Part shown: positions 40,187-57,056 of the stretch, in pieces
Numbering within the stretch: the stretch's first letter is position 1
Layout of the letters: each line of letters starts with the position of its first letter
Assembly: GCF_000143415.4 (NCBI RefSeq)
Contig: NW_003314264.1
Location: forward strand, 2,737,710-2,801,709
Origin: Selaginella moellendorffii
Lineage: Eukaryota; Plantae; Lycopodiophyta
DNA: 64,000 nt
Reading direction: 5' to 3'
The notes under the pieces: model-generated
What the model saw: the letters and a program-made list of their open reading frames with translations, nothing else
What the model was told of the DNA's origin: nothing
The model's database searches: none
Program-made: the position numbers and the translations under genes

Positions 40187-41450
40187 TCTGGCTGCAAAAT
40201 TTCTATCGATCGATTGTTCTTTTTGAGCATTTTTTCCTAGACCATCAACCTTGGAGAGACGAGCAAAAGGAAGAGCTCAAGGCCATTGGAGGTGACGAAG
40301 TCAAATTTGAAGAAGATCACAAGTGGTAAAATGGCATACGGGCAATCGACGCTGTTGGAGGTCCTCTAGTTTCTTTCACTATTAGGTGGTGTGTTCCTGC
40401 ATGATCCTTTGCTACAGTGTTCTTGACGAGAAACCAGAAGCCCAAATGAATGTCATCGACCTCATTTTTCGGCTAGTTAAGGTGCATGGGTTTTACGTTG
40501 TCAAGTGGAATCTTTCAGCAAAACCACTGCCACAATCTTCGAGTTGATCTTGAAGGGAACCTCTAGCGGGGGAGAAGTCAATACGTAAAAGCCGGGTTTG
40601 TCTTTTATATATTTGTGTGTTCTCCAGACTTTGCGTCTCACTGTTTGATTTTCGTGGTGGGAAGGTGTTGTTGGTGAGCTCTTGCGCGTCAAATAGTTCC
40701 TAGGGTGATAATAGTTTGTCTGTGAAAGTTTCTGAAGAGCTTACTTTGGTCAGTGCACCTCCAATAGCGTCATATGCCATATTACCGTTTGTGATCGTTT
40801 TCACTTCCTCCACAACATCCTCAATTTTGGAGTTTATGACTTCGTCGCCTCCAAAACAAAAGAATTTTGAAATTCATAAACTTGAGGAAATAGTTCTCTG
40901 GATAGTGCAAAATGGCATATGACGCTATTGAAGGTGCACTGACCAAAGTAAGCCCTTCTTTTAGTTTCTTTCATTATTCCTCTCGCTTCTTTGTTGTAAT
41001 CTCCAGGTCATTGTGGCACAGCGCGTTCCAGCAGCTTAGATACCAGACAGCGTGAGAAACCAAGGAACGATCCTTTGCTATGGTTTTCTTGACGAGAAAC
41101 CAAAAGCCCAAGTTCATTTTTCAGTGGATTTTACGTTGTCAAATGGGTGGAATCTTTCAGCGGCCGGACGAGTTTTGCAAAACCACCAGAGAGGAGAGCA
41201 CACAGATATATGAAGACCGACCCAGCTTTTACGTATGGCTTCGTGGGCCCTGTCCAGTGGGAACCACCAGAGGAGCCATGACTTCCTTCCAGATCAACTC
41301 GGAAGATTGTCTTTTTGTGGTTTGTGCAGTTGTTGGGGGTTGTTGGCGACACAGGATTTTGAGCAACACCCGCGTGGCTTACCATCGCCACCTTGCATAC
41401 TGTCGCGTGATCACTATCGCTGAAACGCTCCACTTGGATGGCCTTCTGCG
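40186..41450. pseudogene. Scrambled C-type reductase fragments in both orientations
   Basis: Plus-strand pieces at 40186-40700 and 40905-41190; minus-strand pieces at 40738-40853 (exon 4) and 41350-41450 (exon 1, AIQVERFSDSD...CKVAMVS). Confidence 0.8.
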
Positions 41451-41676
41451 CAAAAAACTCAAAGATTTATAACTGGAAACTCAAGCTTAAAAGTAGATTA
41501 AGAAGAAAGTCATCGAGTCTCCATGACAGCGTCTTTGGTTGTGGTGGTAGCACAACCATTAGGAACACTCACAGCTTTCCCCTAGTAACTAGTAACTTGC
41601 ACACGTTGAGGTGTTCTCACATGCAATTCCATCTCTCAGTCCCCAGGCACTTCTTCTTGTTCCACCTTCACCTTTG

Positions 41677-42880
41677 CTATGCCAGGTCCTTTTTCCATGT
41701 TTGTGGCACATCTTGCTCTGTCTTGCTTCCCACGAAGCAAGCATACGAGTGTCCCGTCCTGTAGAATGTACACAATGTCCACTGCTTTTTCGTTGAACGC
41801 AAGGGGACGTACGGCATTAGTTCGACGAGGGCTTCAAGCTCCTTATTGTGTGCAGAAGTCACAAACAGCTGAAACGGACTTAGCACCTGTCCCCAAATGC
41901 GGATAACACCAATAAACAAGCCTGCTGCAGCTTCTTGCAACCTTTTGATCATCTTTTCCGCAAGATGCCGGAGGTAAGGACACAAGAAGTAGTCGAAACA
42001 GAAGAGCTTCATAGTTTTCAGTGGTGGGATTCCAAGACCGGTACTACTCGTCACCATCTTAAGGGCAGCTTCCACACTTTCTTTGGTCGTCATCTCCGTC
42101 TCTATCTTATTGACAACTGGACGAGAAATCCTATCCTTGTAATCCTCGTCATCTTGAGATTCTGCATACAGCCGCACCAGCCTCGGCATTCTACCGGTGA
42201 AGTAATCGAGCCTGTCGAGCCGATCTTGATCTAAGCCTACATGGGCTATCCACGTCTGGAGCTCCGTCTCAGTATACGGCCCATCAAACACTTGGGTACG
42301 AATATAATCGTCAGCCTTATCGCTCGTTTCCCACTCGTAGCGCTCTCTGCTGTTGGAAGAAGAAATTCTTACTAGCATATTGCCGCGGCATGCAGTTTTC
42401 AAACACCCGCAGCACTCCTTGTCAGTTTCCACCTTATCCCAGTCATCCACAACAACGAGCAAATCCCAATCTACCAGCTGACGCAGCTCCTCGAGCCTCA
42501 GGAGCTCCTTTCTCTCCGCTTCCAAATCCTTGGACAAGAAACAGAGCATCAGAGCCTCTCGAAGAACGCAAGCAGGTGAATCAACAAAGTCCTTTCCACC
42601 GAGGAAGACTAACACACCGCCCATGCAGGTAGCCCGCGATGGTAGCCATGACGGTGCTTGCCGCAACCCTTTGAACCCAGTATCTGCATCACATTACCCG
42701 CCTGGAGCTCTAACACTGCTTGGTAAAGCCCCTTGGCATGCTCGCGGCCGATGTAGTAGTACTCCGGCTCGAGAGCAGACAAGAAGATGCTCGGCCAGTA
42801 GAGCTGCAAGCGACTCTTTGCCTCCCACAGAAACTCGGGACCAAGCGATACCAGCCTCCCACTTAGCCATTATTCGCATA
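41677..42880 (-). pseudogene. Intronless P-loop NTPase gene, Crinkler (CR-NTPase)-like, frameshifted
   Basis: YYYIGRE, Walker A ILGSKGCGK (about 42657-42685), Walker B LLVVVDD, ISSSN, GPYTETELQTW, DYFTGRMPRLV. At least two frameshifts follow Walker A. Confidence 0.5.
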
Positions 42881-42932
42881 AACCTTAGACAAATATTTAG
42901 TGCTCTTTTATTTAACTTTCTCAAAAGCTCTT

Positions 42933-43790
42933 CCACCGCCCCTCGCAGGTTGCTCGAGTCTGCCAGCGGCGTCGAGAGCCTCCACCGCCGTGCAGCTCCA
43001 GCACCGGAACTATCGCTCTAGGTTGCCATTGCAATGAGCGCAGACTGAGCAACGAGCTTAACTTGATTCTTCATCATGTGTCTCTTTGCGAAATAACTTG
43101 CCACCTTGATCCGAGTTTCTTGGTTGATCAAAAGATCAGTACACCAAAAGGCATGGGCACGACGTTTACTTGCAACTGTTGAATTCTTCTTGCCTCGGCC
43201 AACGTTTGACTTAGTTCCGAAAAGCCAACTGAGAGAGGTCTTGGTTCTTGCTAGCGAGAAGCCTTTCTCTGTGCCTAGAATCTCCCAAACCTCTAGGCCG
43301 CTCTGAGCAGCATTTGCATTCCTTGCTACCAAGGCTTCACACACTGAATCTCCTTCCTTCACGATAATGTCCTGTGACAAAGATAACAAAAGCAGAAAAC
43401 TTTTGCGAGTCGTTCTTCGCGACTAGTGTCTCTTTTAGATCTTCTTTCTCTCTTTGCCGATTCAAGCGTTGTTGATTCGAGCTTCTAGCGCAATCTTGTG
43501 TCGGCATTGCTCGCCGCGGCGGAACATACCTGATTGCTACAGCCATCCTGTCGAGAACTTCGAGCGCTTTCGAGCGGAAAAGAGCAGCACCGTCCAAGCT
43601 CCAGATGAGGTAAGTGCTCCTGATCTTCCCCTTGTTCATCGGGTTCCCGTTGGAAAGCCAGAGGATCTCGTCGAGAGCCCCGTCCACGTCCTGCATGAGC
43701 CCCACAGCGGTGAGCCTGTCTACGTTCCTCTGGTACCACCCCTCGATCTTTCGCAGTACAAGTGGGCGTCCACTGATCATGCTTCACATG
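42933..43790 (-). pseudogene. Deletion-riddled copy of the U-box/ARM gene
   Basis: WYQRNV..DRLTAV.LMQDVDGALDEIL, FRSKALEVLDRMAV and ASYFAKRH..K.QVKLVAQSA match 36344-39576, with large deletions. Confidence 0.88.
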
Positions 43791-43934
43791 CTAATGTCGA
43801 AATGCTCTAACTCGATTGATCGATGCCCCGGCATACCAGACGCGCAACGCTTTGACCCAGCTCGCCTCGCTCACGCGCGTATAGTCAACATAGTCACGCC
43901 AATACGTTTTGTTTGACTAAATGTACTTTCATTT

Positions 43935-45335
43935 ATGCTGCTGCCATCTAGCGCTTCATCCACAAATCGGCTCATCTACACGCATGGCAAGCGCGGCGAC
44001 GCGCACGGCGCGCTCCAGCTCTTCAACGCAATCCCGCCCAGCAGCAGGACCATCTTCTCGTGGATTTCCATCCTCTGCGCGCTTGCCCAGGCGGGGCATC
44101 TGCAGGAATCGAAGCGGATCTTCGACACGATGCCGCAGAGAAACCAGCTTGTGTGTAACATTATGCTTGCTGCCTACATAAAAACTGGTAGTATCAGCGA
44201 GGCTACAAAGTTTTTCGTCCTGATGCCGGAGAAGAACATTATCTCGTGGACGGCGATACTTGCAGTGTATGCCCAACAAGGGTGTCTTGATGTGGCTACT
44301 GGATACTTTGCGGAGATGCCTTGTCACAATCTCGTAACTTGGACGGCTCTACTCGGCGCCTACGCACGAAGCGACCATGTACAAAGCGCAAAGAGGATAT
44401 TCGATCAGATGCCGGAGCATGACACCGTCTCCTGGAACTCGATGCTTTCTGCATATACCCAGAATGGGTATCTAAAAGAAGCCAAGCTTGTCTTCTCAAT
44501 GATACCTCAACCGGATCTGGTTTCATGCAACTCCATTCTTCACGTTTCCTCTCTTAACGATAGGCTGGAGCAAACCAGCACAATGTATGATCAAATGACT
44601 CATAGGGATCTCTTCTCTCACAATTCCATGCTCGCAGCCTATGCTTCGAAAGGATACCTGGAAGAGTGTAAGTTTCTCTTCGATAACATGCCAGAGCGCA
44701 ACGTTATATCTTTCACCACCTTGCTAATGGTATACGCACAGACCTCAAACTTGAAGGAGGCGATCCAAGTCTTCCACTGGATGCCCGAGCGTAACACGGT
44801 CACCTGGAACTCCATGCTTTCGGGATATGCCCAGAACGGGCATATCGCCAAAGCCACCCGGGTCTTCCAAACTATGCCCGACCCAAACGTCGTCTCTTGG
44901 AAGGCCATCCTCGCTGCGTATGCCCAGAACGGCCTCTCCCCTCAAACCATATCCTCTTTCGATGAAATGCAAGTAACCGAGGCTCCCGACGATACTTGCT
45001 TCGTTCTAGTCTTGCTCGCGCTGTGTCACGCCGGGAAGTTGTTCCGAGGAAGAAACTGCTTCGTGTCGCTGAGCCTGGATCACGGACTTGAGCCTTCGAA
45101 GCAGCACTACTGCTGTCTCGTGAATCTGCTAGGCCGAGTGGGACACCTCGAGGAGGCCGCGGAGCTCATCACCAGTATGCCCTTCGCGCCTGATGCTTAC
45201 GAGTGGCGATGCTTCCTCAGCCTTTGTCACGTGAGTTCCTGGCATGGCGCTTCTGCCGCCAAGTCTCTTCTGAAGCACGACTCGGACAATGCCGCTGGCT
45301 ATGTGCTGCTGGCAAATATTCACACCTTTAGCTGA
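43935..45335 (+). CDS. PLS-class pentatricopeptide repeat protein, E subgroup (no DYW)
   Basis: Single exon with repeated FDxMPExDxVSWNxMLxAYAQNG motifs, HYCCLVNLLGRVGHLEEA, and an E-motif ending YVLLANIH. Confidence 0.92.
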   Translation: MLLPSSASSTNRLIYTHGKRGDAHGALQLFNAIPPSSRTIFSWISILCALAQAGHLQESKRIFDTMPQRNQLVCNIMLAAYIKTGSISEATKFFVLMPEKNIISWTAILAVYAQQGCLDVATGYFAEMPCHNLVTWTALLGAYARSDHVQSAKRIFDQMPEHDTVSWNSMLSAYTQNGYLKEAKLVFSMIPQPDLVSCNSILHVSSLNDRLEQTSTMYDQMTHRDLFSHNSMLAAYASKGYLEECKFLFDNMPERNVISFTTLLMVYAQTSNLKEAIQVFHWMPERNTVTWNSMLSGYAQNGHIAKATRVFQTMPDPNVVSWKAILAAYAQNGLSPQTISSFDEMQVTEAPDDTCFVLVLLALCHAGKLFRGRNCFVSLSLDHGLEPSKQHYCCLVNLLGRVGHLEEAAELITSMPFAPDAYEWRCFLSLCHVSSWHGASAAKSLLKHDSDNAAGYVLLANIHTFS

Positions 45336-45398
45336 AATAGATTACAAACAGTCTCGAGAGAAACTAATGTCAGTGTAATACATAACGATAATCTTACA

Positions 45399-48300
45399 CT
45401 ACATCCGTGCCTGGATTCTCCACGGACAACCACCTTCGAAGGCTTCATGCAGAACGTCTTCCATTCTCCTTGCCAATAAAATCTGCAAAGCGGATGGGGT
45501 CAGAACAAATCCGATTCTCTAGAGCGTTTTTAACTGTTTACCTCTACGTTGGCGAGTATGTTTGCTGGAACCTCTTGCAAGTCTTTGAAGTTCCTCTCCG
45601 GGAGTATCACACGTTTGATGCCGAACCTATGAGCAGCTAATATCTGCGAGGAAACACTCGTAAGTTAGGCAGGCGAATTACTGAAAGCTTACCTTGTCCT
45701 TCACTCCTCCCACTGGCAACACAAGACCACGTAGTGTCATTTCACCAGTCATTGCGGTGTCAGCACGAACGCATCTCTTCCCTAGCAAAGACACCAAGGC
45801 CGTAACAAGCGTAACACCGGCGGAGGGCCCGTCCTTCGGCACAGCACCTGCTGGAAAGTGGATATGAATATCTCGACTATCCATTAAACCTCTTCCCGCG
45901 CCAGTTGCAAGCTTCAACTCGGCAGCTCGTGCTCTCACCTGTTTCAACAATTGAATACAAGCGAAAGTTTTTTGTAAACATACCCATGTGAGAGCAATCT
46001 GAGCAGATTCTTTGATAACATCTCCCAGCTGGCCTGTGAGATGAAGATCTCCCTTCCCTGTCATGGCCGTGGCCTCGACAAATTGAACTTCACCACCAAC
46101 GGCCGTCCAGACAAGGCCCACGGCCACACCGGGAGTGGACACTCTTTCAGCCGCTTCTTTGCCATCAAACTTAGGTGGCTGTAGAGAAAGAATAGTTTAG
46201 TGACAATGAAAAAAGAGAGAAGGAAACTGTATAGCTTACACCAAGGACTGTTTCAACCATCGCCTCGTCCACATGCCATGGCTCCACCCCAGCAATCGCG
46301 TTAGCCAAGTCACGGCCATGCACTCCCATGGCCTCGACTTCCATATCTATTTCCCCGTCCGCGACCTCTCCACCTTCTACAACTGTAGTAGTTGTTGTTT
46401 CAGCTTGAACTTCTCGAGCAACGTGAATGGAATGCTCTCTTTCTGCAACTTTGACAGCCGCAGCTCTTGCAAGGGCTGCCAAATGCCTTTCTAGATTACG
46501 AACTCCAGCTTCACGAGTATAACGCTGAATAATAAGCTCCACCATTGCCTGCAAACACGGAAATGGTAAACCAAGTATTTCAGAAACTCAGTTTATACCT
46601 CTGGAATTTTTAAATGCTGCACAGTAATGCCATGTTGATCAAAAACTCTAGGAATGAGATGTCGCATAGCTATACACAGCTTTTCTTCAGAAGTGTATCC
46701 AGGTAGCTCAATCACTTCCATGCGATCAAGCAAAGGCGGTGAAATTGGTTGAATCCTATTGGCCGTGGCAACAAAAACCACTTTGGATAAGTCAAATGGA
46801 ACGTTGAGGTAACTGCAAAGAAACAAGTTAAAAGCATGACCAAAGCGACGGTACTATACGTACTGATCATTGAACGTCCTATTCTGCTCCGGATCTAAGA
46901 CCTCCAGTAAAGCAGATGCCGGATCACCACGGACATCCGTACCTGTTTTATCAATCTCGTCCAGAAGCATGACCGGATTGTTGACTCCCACTCGCTGGCA
47001 ATACGATGAAAACATCAGGAATAAAAACCTTAAACAATCCATACCTTAATGCCTTCGATCAGTCGACCCGGCATGCTTCCTATATATGTTCTACGATGAC
47101 CTCGTATGTCTGCTTCATCCTTCACTCCACCCAATGAAATGCGGATAAAAAGTCTTCCCAAAGCTCCAGCAATTGAAGACGCCAAGGATGTTTTTCCTAC
47201 ACCCGGAGGACCTACGAAGCAGAGGACAGGACCCCTCGCGTCGGGTTTTAACTGTCAAAAATATTAGTTAGAAAGGAAAGAAGATTGAAGAAAGCTTACA
47301 TACTTTTCGTACAGCCAAATACTCAATAATCCGCTTCTTGACTTTTCCCAGCCCATAATGCTCGCTATCCAACCGTTCCTTTGCTGCAACAAGATCTAGT
47401 TCACGTTCTTCGCTACTTATCTGCCATGGTAATTCAGCAAGGAGTTCCAAATAAGCTCTTGAGCTTCCATAACCTGGCTGTTGAGGCTGCATTTTCCTCA
47501 ACCTCCTATGAAATGGCAAGCAGCAAGATTTCAGCTGAAAATAGACACACAATTATATCTTACCTCAGCTCTCTCTGTGTGTGCTTCCATACGTTTGCCG
47601 GCATTCCCACATTCTGCATCTTTTTCTCCAAAGCAACCACATCATCTTCGTCCTCATCGTTATCACCGAGCTCCTCTTTGATCGCTTTCATCTGTAAAGC
47701 GGCATGAGGGACAAAGCAAACTTGCGGATCATAAGTAATACAGTACTTGTTGACGTAAAAGAAACTCTTTTTGAGACTTCGAGAGATTTCCTTCCACTTT
47801 CTGGGATATCTTTTCGGCTACCTTGATTGTCTAGAGACAGTATACGAGTTTAAATTGGATTCTTAACTCGAAAGTCAGCACGAACCTGAAGATGGCGCGT
47901 TATGATTTCAGTCGCTTTGACAAGTCGCTGTTTTAAGTCGACGGCGTCTAGCATAGCTAGCCGGTCTTCAAAGTTGTTCTCAAAATTTGCAACAAAGATG
48001 TCCGCAAGCCTGTGGGCAGAGGTTGTCTCGAGTAATATTTTCGTGCGGCCCACAGTTCTTTGCTTCTACGATGTCAAACAATCAGCAAATCGAGAACATG
48101 TACCGATAGAATACCTGCTCCAAAGCAGAGATCAATTCGCTAGCAACAACTTTAAACTGTCGTCCCAGAAGTTGCACCTCTGGATCTTTTTCCGCCTGCT
48201 CCATCTCTACAAGAAAAAAAAAACCAAAGCAGTAAAACAACAGCGCCTCATCAAAGAGGAAACGCTACCTGCTTTCGTCATATCGAGCTGACCAATGCGA

Positions 48301-48956
48301 GCTGTGTTGTATGATCCCCGAGCATTCATGTCCTTGAGACTGAACCTACACCAGCCTTCTAAAACGACGGTGTACGTAACCCGACCACTTGGTTTTTCCA
48401 TGCCACGAGAGAGATGCAAAGCTCGGGCTGCTACACCCCTACAAACATTCTTACGTGATCCATCAGGAAACACTCTGGAATTCTTACCGGGGATGCCATT
48501 GCACGAGCTCTTGATTTTGCTTTCCCAGGCACTGCTGGAAATCTGGAAGCGCAGTTCCACCTCGATCGCCTGGAGATACACTCAACACAGGTAACTCCCA
48601 AAACAGTTCTTGGCATTTTCCTTGCCTTGAGTCGGGGGAGGCTGCTGCTGCTGTGGCGGCGGAGGCGGAGACGTCGGATCGGACTGCTGCAAATCCCTGA
48701 CAGGCAAAACTCCAATCAATCCCCTGTCTTCCTTCTGCCACAGCTCCTGCTCGACCAGCCTAACGCTGGGAGAAAAACGATCAAACCGCCCGCATTTTAG
48801 CTCCCAAATTCTACGCGATGGCCTAAGAAGCGCTTACTTGGTCGGCGACGTGCATCGGATGCGCACCACAGCTCCGGGGAGCAGGACTCGATTCCTAAAC
48901 AGCATGATCGCCAGGCGCGGAGGAAGCTCGGCGACATCGCCAGGCGCTCCAGCCAT
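45399..48956 (-). CDS. LON2: Peroxisomal Lon protease
   Basis: [54 protein letters not shown]; the C-terminus [14 protein letters not shown] ends in PTS1-like ARM. Confidence 0.95.
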
Positions 48957-49239
48957 CGCCTCTCGCCTCTCTCGCTCTCGCTCCCAGAAACAAAGCCCTA
49001 GAAGCAAAGAAGGAAGAAATATAAAATCACCTCACAGTGCCAGTGAAAACGCAGGCATTTTCTCGAGGAAGCTAAGGACATGTGTCCTTCGCCCGCTAAA
49101 GGTTAACAAGTGGATGAGGATGATACTAAAATACTAGATGTGGCAGCGCCCACCATGCCACGTCGGAGGCTAGATCTATTGGAGCAAAGATTTTTAGAAT
49201 GGAGTGGAGCCTCACAACGTTGAAAATTTCGCTTGGCAT

Positions 49240-51084
<1,845 letters not shown>

Positions 51085-51384
51085 CGGTGTCGAAACTCGC
51101 AGAAAATGCGAGATATAAACATCTCCAGTGGCAACAATAATAGAATTTCGAAATTATTATATCTTGTACGTGGAAATGGACCACTCCGAAAACTCCACCA
51201 GCTGACCACCAGCCGTCCCTGTTACGCCAAAGTGAAAACAATCTTCTCTCCAAAGACAAGCTTTTGACGATTGTAAAACAATTTTGGATTATTAGCTGAT
51301 TAGAACGAATAGTTTTCGCGAACCTTGAACGCGTAGCTATGCCTTGTTCGTTTGTGTTTGTTTTCTTTCTTTCCTTCCTATTGT

Positions 51385-53401
<2,017 letters not shown>

Positions 53402-55305
53402 GGATTAGAGAGGGAGGCCAAGAAAAAAGATTGGAAAGAAGCGATTGGGCTCTTATTCTTCTTCCTTCTATGCTCTTCTTCTTCTTCTACATTGTCTTGT
53501 TGCGTGGAGGATTTCCATGGTTTTCCTATGGCACCAAGTCGCTGTCTTGGATTGAAATCTCGAGACCCAGTAACGAGAAATGAGAGAGAAAAAAACCCAA
53601 AAAAAACAGAAACAGGGGAGAGTAGGAGAATTTGGTGGAGAAAGAGAAAGGAGAGCTATATAGTAGCGAAGAACTCCAGCTCGAGTATTCTACTACGAGT
53701 TTATCAGCGATGGTTGGAGAGCATTTACGAGCGGTGGAAGGAAACAAAACAAACAACCACGAGGAAGCAAAAGAAATCTCGATGAATGAATCGAGAAAGC
53801 AAGCGAGTTATACATGGATTGAACCGAGCAAGGGGATGATTCAAGGATAGAAAAGAAAAGAAAAAAGAAGTTCCCAGAAGAGATCAAGGAACCGCAGGAA
53901 CAAAAGGCGTCCTTTCTCCTCAATTCCTGGCAGCGTTTATAACAAGGAAGCGTGTTCTTATGTGTGAGAGTGTGAGTGTGTGTGTGTGTTGTTGTTGCGA
54001 TTTTGTGCTCCTGGCAGTAGCAATTATAGGAATGAATGGGGTATTCCTTGCATTCTTTTTTCCTTTATTTCTCGGCTATCATGGCAATGCCAAAAGATTG
54101 ACTGCTTGTTCTTACATGGGAGAGATGATTGATGGACGAGAAGCATCTTAAAGTTCTTATATAAGAGTTCCAACCAGAAAAATGTGATTTTTCATTCAAA
54201 TCTCTTGATCAGCACGAAAAAAAATTGATTTCTGGAAGAAATCTAATTTTTTGTTTTCTTTTGGTTGCTTTGTCGCTAGTACTCGCTTGTCATCTTGCTG
54301 CTGCCAGTGATAAAAACCGCCACGGGAAAAAAGCCTTGATTTCTCCACTATTCTCTCGTCGTTCGTGGGGTTGGATGCCGCCATCGATTAATCGAAAAGC
54401 ATGAGAGATGGAGCCAAAGATTACAGTAACGCTTACCTTGAGCCGCTCGCTTTGCTTTTCCTCGGCAGTTTTCTAAACCTTTCTCGGCTGCCCCGTCGAG
54501 AAGCATGCCAAGCAAATCACCTGAATCGCCATTTTTCTAATCCTCAATCCCACCACCTCGCCGAGTTTTCCAAGCGCTGTTCTTCCGCCACCTCGAGACG
54601 AGCAAACACATTTAGTGTCTTTTCCTCGCTCCTCTTTTCTGCCGTGCTAGCCAGGAGGAGACAACAGCAGCAGCCCAGGGAACATTAAGAAGTGTGCACA
54701 AACTTCCCAAACCCGCTGTTCCAGTTCTCCACTACACGAAAAACCAATCGACTTCCACGTCTTCCACGGATGATCACGCGTATACTTTGGCTTGCTTCTT
54801 TTTCTTGCTGCTCAAGTCCCCCCCCCCCTGATCTGTTCTCTTCTGCTCCATTCCAATCCAAAACCAATCCTTGCTCCCCTTCCCAATCAATCAATTCTCC
54901 ATCCATCCAACAAACTCTCTCTAGAGACCACCACCACCACCTCTGCACTTACTTCGTTGACAATGCCTCGTACAGGGAAGTCTACTCGTAGCACAGCCCG
55001 TCCCTGTCGCGCCACTTATGTTCCCTTGGAAACCAAAGTACTTTCCCCCGTCCCTCCACCACTCTGTGCCATCCATGAAAGTATACATGTAGCTCCACGC
55101 ATGCATCCCGACGATTAAAAGCCTGCTCCAACTCCACTTTGGCCAGTGGTGCTTCGCAGCTTCCAGCAAAGTCGTGAGCAAGCTACACTGACCCGACTGA
55201 TCCATTTTCCAGATTTTCCCCACCGCCAGCTTGCTCTCTCGATCAAGTTGCTGTCGAGGTCCCCTCCATGAACTCCTACCTTTTTTTATGCCTTGTTCGG
55301 CCCTG

Positions 55306-55415
55306 GTATTTTTGCCCATCCCTGTGCTTGATTTCCTCGTTTTCCTGTAATCTCCTCCGGTCAAGTCCTGATATTTTTCCCATCCCTGTCATTGAGTTCC
55401 TCGTTTTCTTTTCTT
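55306..55415. repeat. Imperfect tandem repeat, about 65 bp period
   Basis: tattttt(g)cccatccctgt...ttga.ttcctcgttttc occurs twice. Confidence 0.6.
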
Positions 55416-57056
55416 GATCCCTTTCGGTCAAGTTCTCTTGGCCTAGTTTCAAGGCGCAAGCTACGGGGCCGCCTAGGAGCTCCAATAAATTCGACTTTGA
55501 GTCCACTGTCTGCGCCTGTCCCTGCTTTCCGTAGCATGCATCGACTGATTCCTATGGATTCTCCTTTTGTCTAGTCGAGTGGCGTGAGCTCTCCCCGACT
55601 TTCAACTTAGCTCCTTTGAGTAGATCCCGGCTGTAAGTCAATGCGTGATGTACTGATTAAAAAAACACCACTCACCTCACCACCACGAGATGATTTTTTC
55701 CTTTCAAAGGGAATACACCGGTGGTGGTGGTGGTGGTGGGAACTTTCGTTGTCTTCGCTTTCAGGCTCTTTAATCCTTCCTCGTTGGTCAATGGGATCAA
55801 TCAATATCGTCTCATAACACGCACACCGCTGCTGCTCGATCTATATAATCTGCCGCCGCTGCTGGTGCTGGCTGGTGCTGGCTGGTGCTGCTGCGTGGTT
55901 TGAGCCTGGCCTGGACAGTATTAAAATAAGTGAAAGCGTCAGAGCAGTCTTTATTCTGCAAAAAAGCACCCCTGCTTCATAAATCTAGTGGAAGTACTTG
56001 GCTTGGCAACTGTACCTCGAGTGTGAGTGTGTGAGTGTGCTGCTCCGCTCTGACCAACATGACGAGCCTGTGATGCCCCACATAACATGCTTTTTCTGCC
56101 TATCCACCAAAAGTTCACCAGAGTATAAGTCTTTGAGAGCAAGAGCAAAAGAAACTTTAGTTTTTAGCGAGAGCTCTAGTGTAAGATGATCTTTGACATT
56201 GATCGATCGTGTCCTGCTCGATAACCAGCCTTTTGAAGCGTTGCGTCCACACTTTTAGCGCGCGCTTTTCCATGCCGTCCGGTTGCTCTCGTCTCAACAA
56301 AAACGACCCGAAGACGAAAGGCTGTCGTGCTTTTGGACACCCGACCAAGGTATCAATCAATCGCGAGCTCAGCTCTACAGAGCAGCATGAACAGGGCGAG
56401 AAGCGTCTCAAGGACAAGCAAACATAAATTCAGGTTCCACACCAAAACCACCAGACAAGCAACAGTTCTCGACTTACAAGCTTTACCTCTCACAGCTGAA
56501 ATGTTTAGGATCCATCCTGGCCACCACCTGCATGTACCAGACGATTTCCAGCACCTGAAAGAAATAAATGCCAACATTTGCTCAAGAAAAAAAGAAAGCA
56601 CAAAGAAAACACCAAAATGACAAGCGCAAAATCAATCTTCTAGTCGATCTCATGTGCCCAGACGCGTGAAACACCTTCTTCTATGAAAAAAATCCATTCC
56701 TCTGGTAAAAAACTCGAGCGAAAAACCCTACAAGAAACGCGCATATCCTCAAGAATCATTTCAAACATTTGAAAAATAGGTCATGGTGGGATCACTCGAA
56801 AGATTTTATATGTCCTTTGGCACCAGTCGTTCGCTGGCAGCACGGAGAAACAAAAGCGACAGAGAAAAGCCACAAGCACCAACCAAGAGCGAAAAACAAA
56901 GGAAAAGAAGAACATAATCTCTCACAGCTAGAACAGCATTACATACAAACAGTGGATGCGTACGCCTGGCTTTGTCATCTCCTCCTTCTCTTCCCGAAGA
57001 GAGATCCTCCGGGAGAGATTTCTTGTCTCCAAAAGCAAGGATCGTCCTTGGCGCGG

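Noticed and set aside
56157-56417. Possible DVL/ROT4-like peptide (RFKRLVIEQ)
   Set aside because: Lacks the conserved YIxRRCxxML core.
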